IMG/VR virus record: IMGVR_UViG_3300028581_003812
Location: 1 to 59,269 of that record
Direction: 5' to 3' (one strand)
Length of the DNA stretch: 59,269 nucleotides
Origin: a virus
Lineage: Duplodnaviria > Caudoviricetes
Under the pieces are notes generated by a model. The model made no database searches, was not told where the DNA came from, and worked only from the letters and a program-made list of their open reading frames with translations. Both the position numbers and the translations under genes were made by a program. Position 1 is the stretch's first letter, and each line of letters starts with the position of its first letter. Of this stretch, positions 16,935 to 25,847 are shown one piece after another.

Positions 16935-18644
16935 ATGCCTAAAAAACTAGAAAACAAGTATTATTTGGGTAATGAGAGCTTGCCTTCTGCAGAGTCTTTG
17001 TTTGATTATTCAGAGCATCCTGAGTGGGTACTGGACATAGCCAAGTGCAGAAAGAACATATTGTATTTTGCAGAGAATTTTTTCTTCATAACAAATCTGG
17101 ATGAAGGCAAGATGAAGATCAAGCTGCATAGCTATCAAAAAAGAATTTTAAGAAGTTTGCGAGACAGCAGATTTGTTTGTCTGTTGGCTTCACGACAGAT
17201 AGGCAAGACCACATTGATGACCATATATGCATTGTGGATTGCATGTTTCTTTGAAGACCAACGCATATTGGTGGTGGCCAACAAAGAGCAAACTGCCATT
17301 AACATTTTCAAAAGAATCAGAATGGCTTATGAAAAACTGCCCAACTACTTGAAACCTGGCACAGTGGAATATGGCAAAACTGCCATGTCTCTAGGCAATG
17401 GGAGCAGCATTGGCATTTCCACCACCAGCAGTGATGCAGGTCGAGGTGACAGTTGCAACATCCTCATTCTGGATGAGCTGGCTTTCATTGACAATCATCT
17501 GGTGGAACAGTTCTGGAGTTCTGTGTATCCAATCATTTCATCGTCCAAGAAGTCCAAGATATTTGTTGCGTCAACGCCAAATGGTACTGGCAATCTGTTT
17601 CATGATTTGTACTCTGGAGCCATTGATGGTAAAAATGACTGGAAAGCAGAAAAGGTGGATTGGTGGGAATTTCCAGGCAGAGATGAAGCATGGAAAGACA
17701 AAACCATTCGCACTCTGGGAAGCAGAGAAGTTTTTGATCAAGAGTTTGGCAATGTGTTTTTGGAAACAGGTGAGAGTGCTTTGGATGAAAAATTATTTGA
17801 AGAAATGAAATCTGAATGCATTGAACCCAAATTTATTTTCAATGAAGGCAAATATTTGCTGTGGGATGAACCAAAGAATGACCATCTGTATGTGGTGGGT
17901 GTGGACATAAGTGAAGGCATTGGTGAAGCTGCAAGTGTCATACAGATCATGGATATCACAGATTTGAGAGAAATAAAACAAGTGGCCTGTTATCATGATC
18001 GCCAAATTAGCCCTTATAATTTCACTGCCAAATTGCATGAAATATTGCAACATTGGGGGTCACCTCTGGCCATGATAGAAAGAAACAACTGCGGTTCACA
18101 AGTGGTGGACCAACTCAAGAATACCCATGCTTATGAAAACATTGTTTCTTATGGCATTAAATCTGGCCCTGCTTCATACAGTAAAATTGGTGTGCAAGCC
18201 CATACCAACACCAAGTACAAGGGCGTCATGAACATGCGCTATTGGATGAACGAAGTCAAAGCATTAAAAGTGCATGATTTGAAGACTTTGAATGAACTGA
18301 AAAACTTTGTCAGATACCCAAATGGCACTTGGGGTGCAAAACCTGGTTCAGACAACTGGGATGACAGGGTGATGAGCTTGATGTGGGCACTCATCATCCT
18401 GGAGAATGATTTGGTAGAAAAATATTTCGAAGTAGTACAATATGATAAGAACAAGAAGCCGTTAAAATTAAAAGCCTTGGATTACGGTGTTAAATATTTT
18501 ATTAATCCCACATCCATGTATTCAAATGAAAAAATGGGTGCAGATGGTCTGCCACCATTGCCCATTGTCATCTCACAAGATGGTAATGAGGAACATAATG
18601 AAATAGCTGACTTAGAATCGCAAGGTTACCGCCATTTATCATAA
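16935..18644 (+). CDS. Terminase large subunit (T4 gp17-like)
   Basis: LHSYQK, ASRQIGKTT, LILDELAFI, ASTPNG, FDQEF, GVDISEG, IERNN and DDRVMSL. Confidence 0.97.
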   Translation: MPKKLENKYYLGNESLPSAESLFDYSEHPEWVLDIAKCRKNILYFAENFFFITNLDEGKMKIKLHSYQKRILRSLRDSRFVCLLASRQIGKTTLMTIYALWIACFFEDQRILVVANKEQTAINIFKRIRMAYEKLPNYLKPGTVEYGKTAMSLGNGSSIGISTTSSDAGRGDSCNILILDELAFIDNHLVEQFWSSVYPIISSSKKSKIFVASTPNGTGNLFHDLYSGAIDGKNDWKAEKVDWWEFPGRDEAWKDKTIRTLGSREVFDQEFGNVFLETGESALDEKLFEEMKSECIEPKFIFNEGKYLLWDEPKNDHLYVVGVDISEGIGEAASVIQIMDITDLREIKQVACYHDRQISPYNFTAKLHEILQHWGSPLAMIERNNCGSQVVDQLKNTHAYENIVSYGIKSGPASYSKIGVQAHTNTKYKGVMNMRYWMNEVKALKVHDLKTLNELKNFVRYPNGTWGAKPGSDNWDDRVMSLMWALIILENDLVEKYFEVVQYDKNKKPLKLKALDYGVKYFINPTSMYSNEKMGADGLPPLPIVISQDGNEEHNEIADLESQGYRHLS

Positions 18645-18652
18645 ATAATTAA

Positions 18653-19756
18653 ATGGCAGATATATCAATATCTCAAATAAGTCAAGGAACTCCCACTACA
18701 GGCATTGTTGTCCCGTGGTCCGACGGTGCATCCACATATCAAGCACAACTCAGTTCCTTACTTACTGCTACTGGTGATATTGGCACTGCAGCCATACAGA
18801 TACCCAAAGGTACTACAAGTCAAAGACCAGCTTCTTCTGCAAACGGGATGTTGCGTATGAATACAACAACTAACTCCTTAGAAGCATACTATGACAATAA
18901 CTGGATAACAATTTCTTCATTACTACCATACACAATTTATCTCTGGGGTGCAGGTGGTGGCGGCGGAACTGCTGGCGGCTGGGGATACGGCGCTGCAGGA
19001 GGTGGCGGTGGATTTGCCTCAGGTGATATAAACCTACCGGCAGGGACTGCCTTAACACTTGTGGTAGGGCAAGGTGGAATAGTGAACGGCACATCTGTTT
19101 CATTTGGAGGAGGCGGCCAAGCTAATAGGAATAATGTAGATAACCGCTACGGGTCCAATGGTGGAGGGTACACAGGCATATTTTTAAATTCTGTCACACA
19201 AGCCAATTGCGTACTCATTGCAGGTGGCGGTGGTGGTGGTGGTTCCTCAAGAACAGGTGTAGGTAATTATGGTGGTGCAGGAGGTGGTGCACAAGCACAA
19301 GATGGTAATTCACCATATGATAATAAACCTGGGTACAGAGGCAGAGGCGCTGGCCAATCCGGTGCACCAGCACAAGCATCATGTGACGGCCTTAACACGA
19401 ACTTCCCACCTGCAGCTCTGATAGGTGGAACCTGTCAAAATAACGGTTATGGTGGAGCAGGTGGAGGTGGATATTTCGGTGGATCAGCTGGTGGATTTTT
19501 TGAAAGCAATACAATGGGTGGTGGAGGTGGGGGTTCAGGATACGTAAATTCACAATACATTCTTAATTCAGTCAATACTGCAGGGACTAATTCTCAAGGT
19601 GCAGGTAGCACTAATATATATTATACCAGCAGTGTCGGTACAGGAGGAGCACCCTCCACAGCAGGGCAAAACGGGTATGCTGTTCTAGTGAATAGAATCA
19701 CTGGTCAGATATCAAGTTATTATTACACCGGCAGCAACATAACAATAACACTTTAA
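18653..19756 (+). CDS. Glycine-rich fibre/adhesin protein (MADISISQI family)
   Basis: Shared N-terminal anchor, the fibre motif IPKGTTSQRP...GMLRMNTTTNSLEAY...W, then a polyglycine domain (LWGAGGGGG, LIAGGGGGGG). Confidence 0.8.
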   Translation: MADISISQISQGTPTTGIVVPWSDGASTYQAQLSSLLTATGDIGTAAIQIPKGTTSQRPASSANGMLRMNTTTNSLEAYYDNNWITISSLLPYTIYLWGAGGGGGTAGGWGYGAAGGGGGFASGDINLPAGTALTLVVGQGGIVNGTSVSFGGGGQANRNNVDNRYGSNGGGYTGIFLNSVTQANCVLIAGGGGGGGSSRTGVGNYGGAGGGAQAQDGNSPYDNKPGYRGRGAGQSGAPAQASCDGLNTNFPPAALIGGTCQNNGYGGAGGGGYFGGSAGGFFESNTMGGGGGGSGYVNSQYILNSVNTAGTNSQGAGSTNIYYTSSVGTGGAPSTAGQNGYAVLVNRITGQISSYYYTGSNITITL

Positions 19757-19759
19757 TTT

Positions 19760-20383
19760 ATGGCCAACTTAGTATCTTACACTCAAAGCCCTTTCAACAA
19801 AGCGCGCAAAGACAAATTTTTATTTGTATTGAATTTACCTCAATGCTTGAAAGATATTTCCACCAAATTTGATCGCAACAACCAAACTGTAATTCCTGAT
19901 GCTTTGCAATTCTCTGTCTATGGAGTGAACATTCCAGAGATAGCTGTGCCTCCCATGCAGGTGAGATACTCTGGACAGACACTTAACAGTTCCAGTTATT
20001 CTCGTGATCCTTATCCTGCTGTGAATGTGAACTTCACTGTGGACAACAGATTCAATAATTATTGGTTAATATACAAATGGTTGGATATTTTAAACAACGC
20101 TGAACTGAGCATCTTTGATGCCAACAATCTGATTCAAAATAATATCAAACAAAAAACACTCAATGCAGGGTACGATTATTTGAAGTACAGATCTGATTTT
20201 TCTTTGTTTGTTTTGGATGAATATGACAAAAGAGTCATTGAATTTGTCTATAAGAATTCCTTTCCCACAGCTCTGGGAAACTTGGATTTTAATAACAGAA
20301 CTTCCACAGAATTGGAAACAACCTTCACTTTCGAGTATTCACAGCTGGAAGTATCTCTCATGGAAGATGTAGATAATTTGTGA
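19760..20383 (+). CDS. Tail tube-fold protein, probable tail terminator (T4 gp3-like)
   Basis: VNIPEI, VNFTVDNRFNNYWLIYKWL, FPTALGNLDF and TFTFEYS; lies upstream of the sheath gene. Confidence 0.65.
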   Translation: MANLVSYTQSPFNKARKDKFLFVLNLPQCLKDISTKFDRNNQTVIPDALQFSVYGVNIPEIAVPPMQVRYSGQTLNSSSYSRDPYPAVNVNFTVDNRFNNYWLIYKWLDILNNAELSIFDANNLIQNNIKQKTLNAGYDYLKYRSDFSLFVLDEYDKRVIEFVYKNSFPTALGNLDFNNRTSTELETTFTFEYSQLEVSLMEDVDNL

Positions 20384-20424
20384 GAATTTTTAAAAGTTTG
20401 ATCGGAAAAACATAAATATTTTAT

Positions 20425-22719
20425 ATGGCACGTACAATACAGAGTCCCGGGGTGCAGATTCAAGAGGTCGACTTATCATTAAATAATGTAGGAACACCAG
20501 CAACCACGGTATTTATTCCAGGGTTTGCTTCCAAAGGACCTTCTTCTGAACCCCTTGCAGTAACATCATTATCCGAATTTGAACAGATCTATGGAACACC
20601 ATCCAATTCTGCAGAGAGATATTTCTATCACACTGCAAAAGCAGTTTTCAATTCACCTTGCAATGTGATCATCTACAGATTGCCGTATGGTGCTGGTGCA
20701 GGTGTTGATACCAGTGATGAATACAGTGCATTAGTTTACCCAGTCAAAGGGTATGCCAATGGCCAAACAACAGATAATATTAACTTTGAAAATGGTGCAT
20801 ATTTCTTTGGAACACCCACACATCTCAAATTGACCCAAGAGGAATATCTCTCAATTTTACGTGGAGATGGATTCTTCTGGGCTCCTAACACGAGTGGAGT
20901 CACCACATTCAACAATGTTGCCTCTCTCAGTGGTGCTGGCATGATTGTTCTCAACAAAGCACAGTCCACCATCAATTCAAAATTTGAAGGAACATATGTT
21001 GGCATCATTGACAACACCAATTTAAACCCTGCAACACCATTTAATGATGTGAACAGCATTTACACCATCAACACACCAACAAAGGTCATTTCTAAAAATG
21101 CAGGATATGTGGAAATACCGGATGTGAGATTGAATTTCACATTATCTGCAGACTCCACAGGCTTGCAGGGCACAGTTTCCGAAGTGCTGGAAAACATACC
21201 TTCATTTGACATTTCTTCAAATCAATTTGATGACACACTTTCAGTTGGCATATTCAAGCTCCGTCAATCAGTGTTCTCCCCAGACACAATTGCTCTGGAT
21301 TATGTGTTGCAAGAAGCACGCACTGGTTCACTTGATGCCAATCGTCAAATTAACAGTCAAGCTGGTGGGCCACCTTTGAGCTTCTTCATTGAGCAACTCA
21401 ATTCTGAATCCATCAATGTCACTGTCATAACAAACCCATACATTTCCAATAAATCAGGCAAGACATGGCTTGACACAGCTGGTATACCCAGCAAGAAAGC
21501 TCGCTTATTGAGTGTTGGATTAACTAAACCTCTGCCTGGTGAATCTGCAAGTGAATACACAACTCGTGTGGGTGCACCTTCTGCAACAGTTGCTGCTTTA
21601 GCTGCTGAATATGGTGTTACAAACTCATTATACCCTCTGGGTGATTATGATGATACTGATCTTGCCACCAAAGAAATTGGTGATATTCCTGCCAAGTTGA
21701 CCATGGCCACTGAAAAGGTCAACAACGTTGACCTGTACCCAATTAACTTGAGTCTGGAAGCTGGCCTTGGAACCATTTATGTGAATTCATTCAACCCTTC
21801 AACCAATGGATATTTTGATGACACAGTTCCTTATGAATCCATGCTTGATGCTCTGGCTGTACAGAATCCTGGATCTCTGCCCGTACCAGCTGCACGTTAC
21901 AATGCTGCCATATCGCCATTCTTAAATCTTACTGAAAATCGCAAAGATCACATGTTCATTGCCGATGCCATTACAAACATTTTTGTGCAGGGCTCCAATG
22001 TGAAGACTTTGGATTCTGATTCCAATACATTCTCAACCAACATATACTGGCCCTTGAAGAATCAATTCTCAAGCACTGACACAAGTTATGCTTGTGCATT
22101 TGCAAATGTGGTAAAAGTGGCTGATACCAGTTCCAATCAACAATGTTGGGTGCCTTTTTCAGGATTTGCTGCAGCTGCCATGGCAAGCACTGACACTAAT
22201 TTTCAACCATGGTATGCACCAGCAGGATTCTCTCGTGGTGTTCTGACAGGCATAGTGGACATAGCTCTGTATCCCAAACAGAAACAACGTGATCAGTTGT
22301 ACAAAATCAATCTTAATCCTGTGGCGTTCTTCCCATCTGAAGGCTTTGTAATCTTTGGTCAAAAGACCATGCAAAAGAAGCCCAGTGCATTTGATCGCAT
22401 CAATGTGCGCAGATTATTCTTGAATCTGGAAACAGCCACGCGTGACACAGTGAAATATTTCATATTTGAGCCCAACACACTGTTCACAAGAACCCAGATC
22501 ATCAACAGCTTAACACCTTTGTTTGATAACGCTAAAAATACACAAGGCATATATGATTACCTTCTGATTTGTGATGAGAGAAACAACACACCTTCAGTGA
22601 TTGATGATAATAGTGTAGTGATTGACGTATATATTAAGCCTGTACGTGCTGCTGAATATATCCTTTGCAATTTCTATGCTACTAGAACCGGAACAAACTT
22701 CCAGGAAATAGTAACTTAA
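20425..22719 (+). CDS. Tail sheath protein (T4 gp18-like)
   Basis: SPGVQIQEVDLS, PWYAPAGFSRG, QRDQLYKINLNPV, GQKT, SAFDRINVRRLFL, FEPN and CDERNNTP. Confidence 0.97.
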   Translation: MARTIQSPGVQIQEVDLSLNNVGTPATTVFIPGFASKGPSSEPLAVTSLSEFEQIYGTPSNSAERYFYHTAKAVFNSPCNVIIYRLPYGAGAGVDTSDEYSALVYPVKGYANGQTTDNINFENGAYFFGTPTHLKLTQEEYLSILRGDGFFWAPNTSGVTTFNNVASLSGAGMIVLNKAQSTINSKFEGTYVGIIDNTNLNPATPFNDVNSIYTINTPTKVISKNAGYVEIPDVRLNFTLSADSTGLQGTVSEVLENIPSFDISSNQFDDTLSVGIFKLRQSVFSPDTIALDYVLQEARTGSLDANRQINSQAGGPPLSFFIEQLNSESINVTVITNPYISNKSGKTWLDTAGIPSKKARLLSVGLTKPLPGESASEYTTRVGAPSATVAALAAEYGVTNSLYPLGDYDDTDLATKEIGDIPAKLTMATEKVNNVDLYPINLSLEAGLGTIYVNSFNPSTNGYFDDTVPYESMLDALAVQNPGSLPVPAARYNAAISPFLNLTENRKDHMFIADAITNIFVQGSNVKTLDSDSNTFSTNIYWPLKNQFSSTDTSYACAFANVVKVADTSSNQQCWVPFSGFAAAAMASTDTNFQPWYAPAGFSRGVLTGIVDIALYPKQKQRDQLYKINLNPVAFFPSEGFVIFGQKTMQKKPSAFDRINVRRLFLNLETATRDTVKYFIFEPNTLFTRTQIINSLTPLFDNAKNTQGIYDYLLICDERNNTPSVIDDNSVVIDVYIKPVRAAEYILCNFYATRTGTNFQEIVT

Positions 22720-22744
22720 ATGCTAGGAGGAGATAAATAATTTT

Positions 22745-23290
22745 ATGGCCGATGTAAATCAATTAATTCAAGACTTCTACACAGCAGCAACCACCAGAGA
22801 ATTCGCACGCGATTTTAACTTCCGTGTGCTTTCCATCAATACTGGTGGTGCCAGCACAGTCACCTTTGATCAGAACGATCTGGTATATGTTAAAACAGCT
22901 ACATTGCCTGCTCGTTCGATCACCAACGTTCAAGTGCCTTACATGGGCTTGAATTTTAATCTTCCTGGCAATGTGGTTTATCCCAACAGTGAAGCGTATG
23001 ACCTGGTATTTTACGCAGATTCACAATCTCAAATTCGTCAAAAGTTTGAGCAGTGGTCCAGAGACATATTTGATGACTCTAACTCCACAGGAAACTATTT
23101 CTCTCCCAAGCAGACTGCCATCATTGACTTGGTTCAGCTGGATAATCAGATGAACGCAGTTGCTCAATATCAGCTGGTGGGCGTATCCATACGCAATGTG
23201 GGTCCATTGGCTTACAATATTGCTGCTGGCACTGGCCAAACTATTGAATTTACAGCTACTATATCATATCATTACTGGAGAAAGCTGTAA
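22745..23290 (+). CDS. Tail tube protein (T4 gp19-like)
   Basis: Follows the sheath; ATLPARSI..VQVPYMG, IRQKFEQW, VQLD and EFTATISYHYW. Confidence 0.9.
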   Translation: MADVNQLIQDFYTAATTREFARDFNFRVLSINTGGASTVTFDQNDLVYVKTATLPARSITNVQVPYMGLNFNLPGNVVYPNSEAYDLVFYADSQSQIRQKFEQWSRDIFDDSNSTGNYFSPKQTAIIDLVQLDNQMNAVAQYQLVGVSIRNVGPLAYNIAAGTGQTIEFTATISYHYWRKL

Positions 23291-23317
23291 TTACTGCTGT
23301 TTGAATTAAATACTTAG

Positions 23318-24226
23318 GTGAATAATCCATTCACCGATGCTTTAAACTCTTTAGGTCAAAACTTCACAGGCTTGGGCACTGGTCAAAATCCTGCTTTTGC
23401 TCCTCAAGCAGCAGAGCTCTTCGGGTTCAATATCCCAGGTGTGCCACTCATAAGTCCACGGGATTATTTTCTCGTGCAGATGGAATCGTGGTTCACTGCC
23501 ATACCCAACACATCACAATGGGTCATAGTCATTGACAATTACCCCCAGGCACTAAGAACTAACATCATTCAAGGATTGGAACGGCATGATGGTTCAAGAA
23601 AAGGGTTTGATATTGATGCAGCTAAGAACATACTGAATAGTTTTCCTTTGCAAAAGATTGTTGGATGCCTCTTTGCACATGCCATCACCATACCCACTGA
23701 GCAATTTGCTGTTGCAACAGCTTCTGTTGCAAATAACAGAGGGTTTTTACCAGGCATTTTGGGAAGCTCCAGAGAAACAGAAGCCCCTTCACTGGTAATT
23801 GACTTCAAAGAAACAAACACATCTTTCATAGACTTTGTAATACGCCCATGGGTCATTCTGGGCTCGCATTTTGGCATGTGTGCACGACCAGGTGATGTTG
23901 AGAATAGAAAAGACCCCAAAAATATGAAAGTTAACATGACTTTGCTTGAGTATACATTCACTTATCACAGCATATCCATGATACCTCGCAAAGTATTTCA
24001 TTTTTATAACTGCATGCCATATCAAATTGCTGAGCAATCCTTAGATTACTCAGATCCAAAGCTCACAACCTATGCAACTCGCTGGACCTACTCTAATTAT
24101 ACAGTGGAGAACAACTTGTATCTGCCTGTTGCAGACATAGTCAATCGTATAGCCAATGGAGCCATACCAAGAGTGACAAGTTTTCAAAATGGTATTGGCA
24201 GCATAAACCCTCTTGGATTCATTTAA
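23318..24226 (+). CDS. Tube-fold baseplate-tail junction protein (gp54/gp48-like)
   Basis: Position after the tube gene; tube-like motifs ITIP, IDFKETN...IRPW, FYNCMP and RWTYSNY. Confidence 0.55.
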   Translation: MNNPFTDALNSLGQNFTGLGTGQNPAFAPQAAELFGFNIPGVPLISPRDYFLVQMESWFTAIPNTSQWVIVIDNYPQALRTNIIQGLERHDGSRKGFDIDAAKNILNSFPLQKIVGCLFAHAITIPTEQFAVATASVANNRGFLPGILGSSRETEAPSLVIDFKETNTSFIDFVIRPWVILGSHFGMCARPGDVENRKDPKNMKVNMTLLEYTFTYHSISMIPRKVFHFYNCMPYQIAEQSLDYSDPKLTTYATRWTYSNYTVENNLYLPVADIVNRIANGAIPRVTSFQNGIGSINPLGFI

Positions 24227-25069
24227 ATGCTTTTTTTTATTAATTTCAGGGTGCCAACCCTTGACATAGAGGTAAAGTTAAAAGAGGTCTCCTTTAAAAC
24301 ATTTAAAACCATCAACAAATTCTTAATCAATCAAAACAATGGCCACATAAATGAATTTTTTGATGCAATTCTGATGGAATGTCTGGTTGAAAAAGACATT
24401 TTTCACAAATTAACTAATTTTGATAAATTCTGCGCTTTATTCTTACTCAGATGCACTTCCATTTCACCCACCATTGAATATACAGACAAAGGAATGAATG
24501 TTAAAAAGCCCTTACTGCCATTTTTAAACAAGTGCTTGGATTTTAAAACTAGTTTTTCCAAACAAATACATGTTGATGCTTATGAAATACTGTTAAATCT
24601 GCCAGATACACTTTTTTTTAACGACATTTTTGATGCATTTTACAGTTGCATACACAAGGTGCACACAAAAAACGGTGAAATTGATTTCCATAGTGTCAAT
24701 AAGGTAGATTTTATAGATGATTTGTCTGCAGAAGTGATATCTCGTATAAAGGATTATAGCGACAGCATCAAAGCAGATTTTTCTAGTCTAATTTTTGATG
24801 TTATAGCCAACGAATCTGACAATAAACTCACATTATCACCATTTGATTTGTCTTTTTTTGAAGTTTTAAAAGCTTTATACACATCCAATCTTAAAAATAT
24901 CTTTGAGCTACAGTATATTCTTGTGAGTAAACTAAATTACTCTGCTGATTATGTGGACAACAACACACTCACTGAAAATCTAATATTATGCAATATTTAC
25001 GAGCAAGAAATGCTGAAGCTCAAAGAAGAACAAGAAAATATTGATAAAACTGTGCCCCTAAATAAATAG
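24227..25069 (+). CDS. Baseplate hub assembly protein, gp26-like with gp51-like C-terminus
   Basis: LTNFDKFCALFLLRCTSI (gp26-like) and LVSKLNYSADYVDNNTLTENLILCNIYEQEM (gp51-like). Confidence 0.55.
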   Translation: MLFFINFRVPTLDIEVKLKEVSFKTFKTINKFLINQNNGHINEFFDAILMECLVEKDIFHKLTNFDKFCALFLLRCTSISPTIEYTDKGMNVKKPLLPFLNKCLDFKTSFSKQIHVDAYEILLNLPDTLFFNDIFDAFYSCIHKVHTKNGEIDFHSVNKVDFIDDLSAEVISRIKDYSDSIKADFSSLIFDVIANESDNKLTLSPFDLSFFEVLKALYTSNLKNIFELQYILVSKLNYSADYVDNNTLTENLILCNIYEQEMLKLKEEQENIDKTVPLNK

Positions 25070-25073
25070 CTTT

Positions 25074-25823
25074 ATGGAGAAATTCAATGACGCGTTGGTC
25101 TCTTTGGATGGTTTAAACAAAGAATTAGAATTGTTTGTGCCTTCCCTGGGTAAAAAAGTTAAATTCAAAGGGCTCACCACAAAGCAGCAAAAAGATGCAG
25201 TAAAGAGCGCCTTAGAGAAAGTTTTCTCAGGCATAAGCTTCTCATTGCTAGTCAATTCCATCATAAATGAAAATAGTTTTGAGAAAGTGGAGTTTTTAAC
25301 TTGTGATAGAAGTTATCTGCTGGTAGCCTTAAGAGCAGCATCACTGCAAAAACTCTACAAAAAAGATGACAAAGAAATTGATTTAAGCTTTGTACTGAGT
25401 AATAATTTTTCTGTGCCATCTGCATTAAAAACCGCAGAAATTACTGATGATAATATAAAAGTTAAGCTGTCCATACCCACACTTGCACGTGATACTGCCA
25501 TCAACATTGAAACAAAAAAGAAAATAGCGCCTCTTCCTGATGATGATAACTTGGCCAAAGAAGCTGTTGGTGAAATATACATAAATGAGCTGGCCAAGTA
25601 CATAGATGTTGTTTCCATCACCTCTGCAGGCAATGTCATTGATCTGGAGTTTGATAAATTGTTCTTATCACAAAAGATTCAAGTCATAGAGAAGCTACCC
25701 TTGAGTATCAATAATAAATTAATCGATTTTATTAATGAAGCTAAAGCATTTGAAAAGAAGTATTTCGAAAGAGATGGTGTTTCAGTAGATATTGACATTG
25801 ATCAAACACTTTTCACAGTATAA
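25074..25823 (+). CDS. Baseplate hub assembly protein (T4 gp26-like)
   Basis: VPSLGKKVKFKGLTTKQQK, DRSYLLVALRAAS, LSIPTL and IEKLP. Confidence 0.7.
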   Translation: MEKFNDALVSLDGLNKELELFVPSLGKKVKFKGLTTKQQKDAVKSALEKVFSGISFSLLVNSIINENSFEKVEFLTCDRSYLLVALRAASLQKLYKKDDKEIDLSFVLSNNFSVPSALKTAEITDDNIKVKLSIPTLARDTAINIETKKKIAPLPDDDNLAKEAVGEIYINELAKYIDVVSITSAGNVIDLEFDKLFLSQKIQVIEKLPLSINNKLIDFINEAKAFEKKYFERDGVSVDIDIDQTLFTV

Positions 25824-25847
25824 TAGTATTTTTCCTTAAATATATTA

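Noticed and set aside
17398-17808. 136-aa alternative-frame ORF inside the terminase
   Set aside because: No promoter, RBS or recognisable motif. The terminase is uninterrupted, with no intron or intein evident.
22725-22730. AGGAGG upstream of the tail tube gene as its RBS
   Set aside because: It is 14 nt from the ATG and upstream of the TAAATA motif, so it would be absent from the late transcript. It might serve only sheath read-through mRNA.
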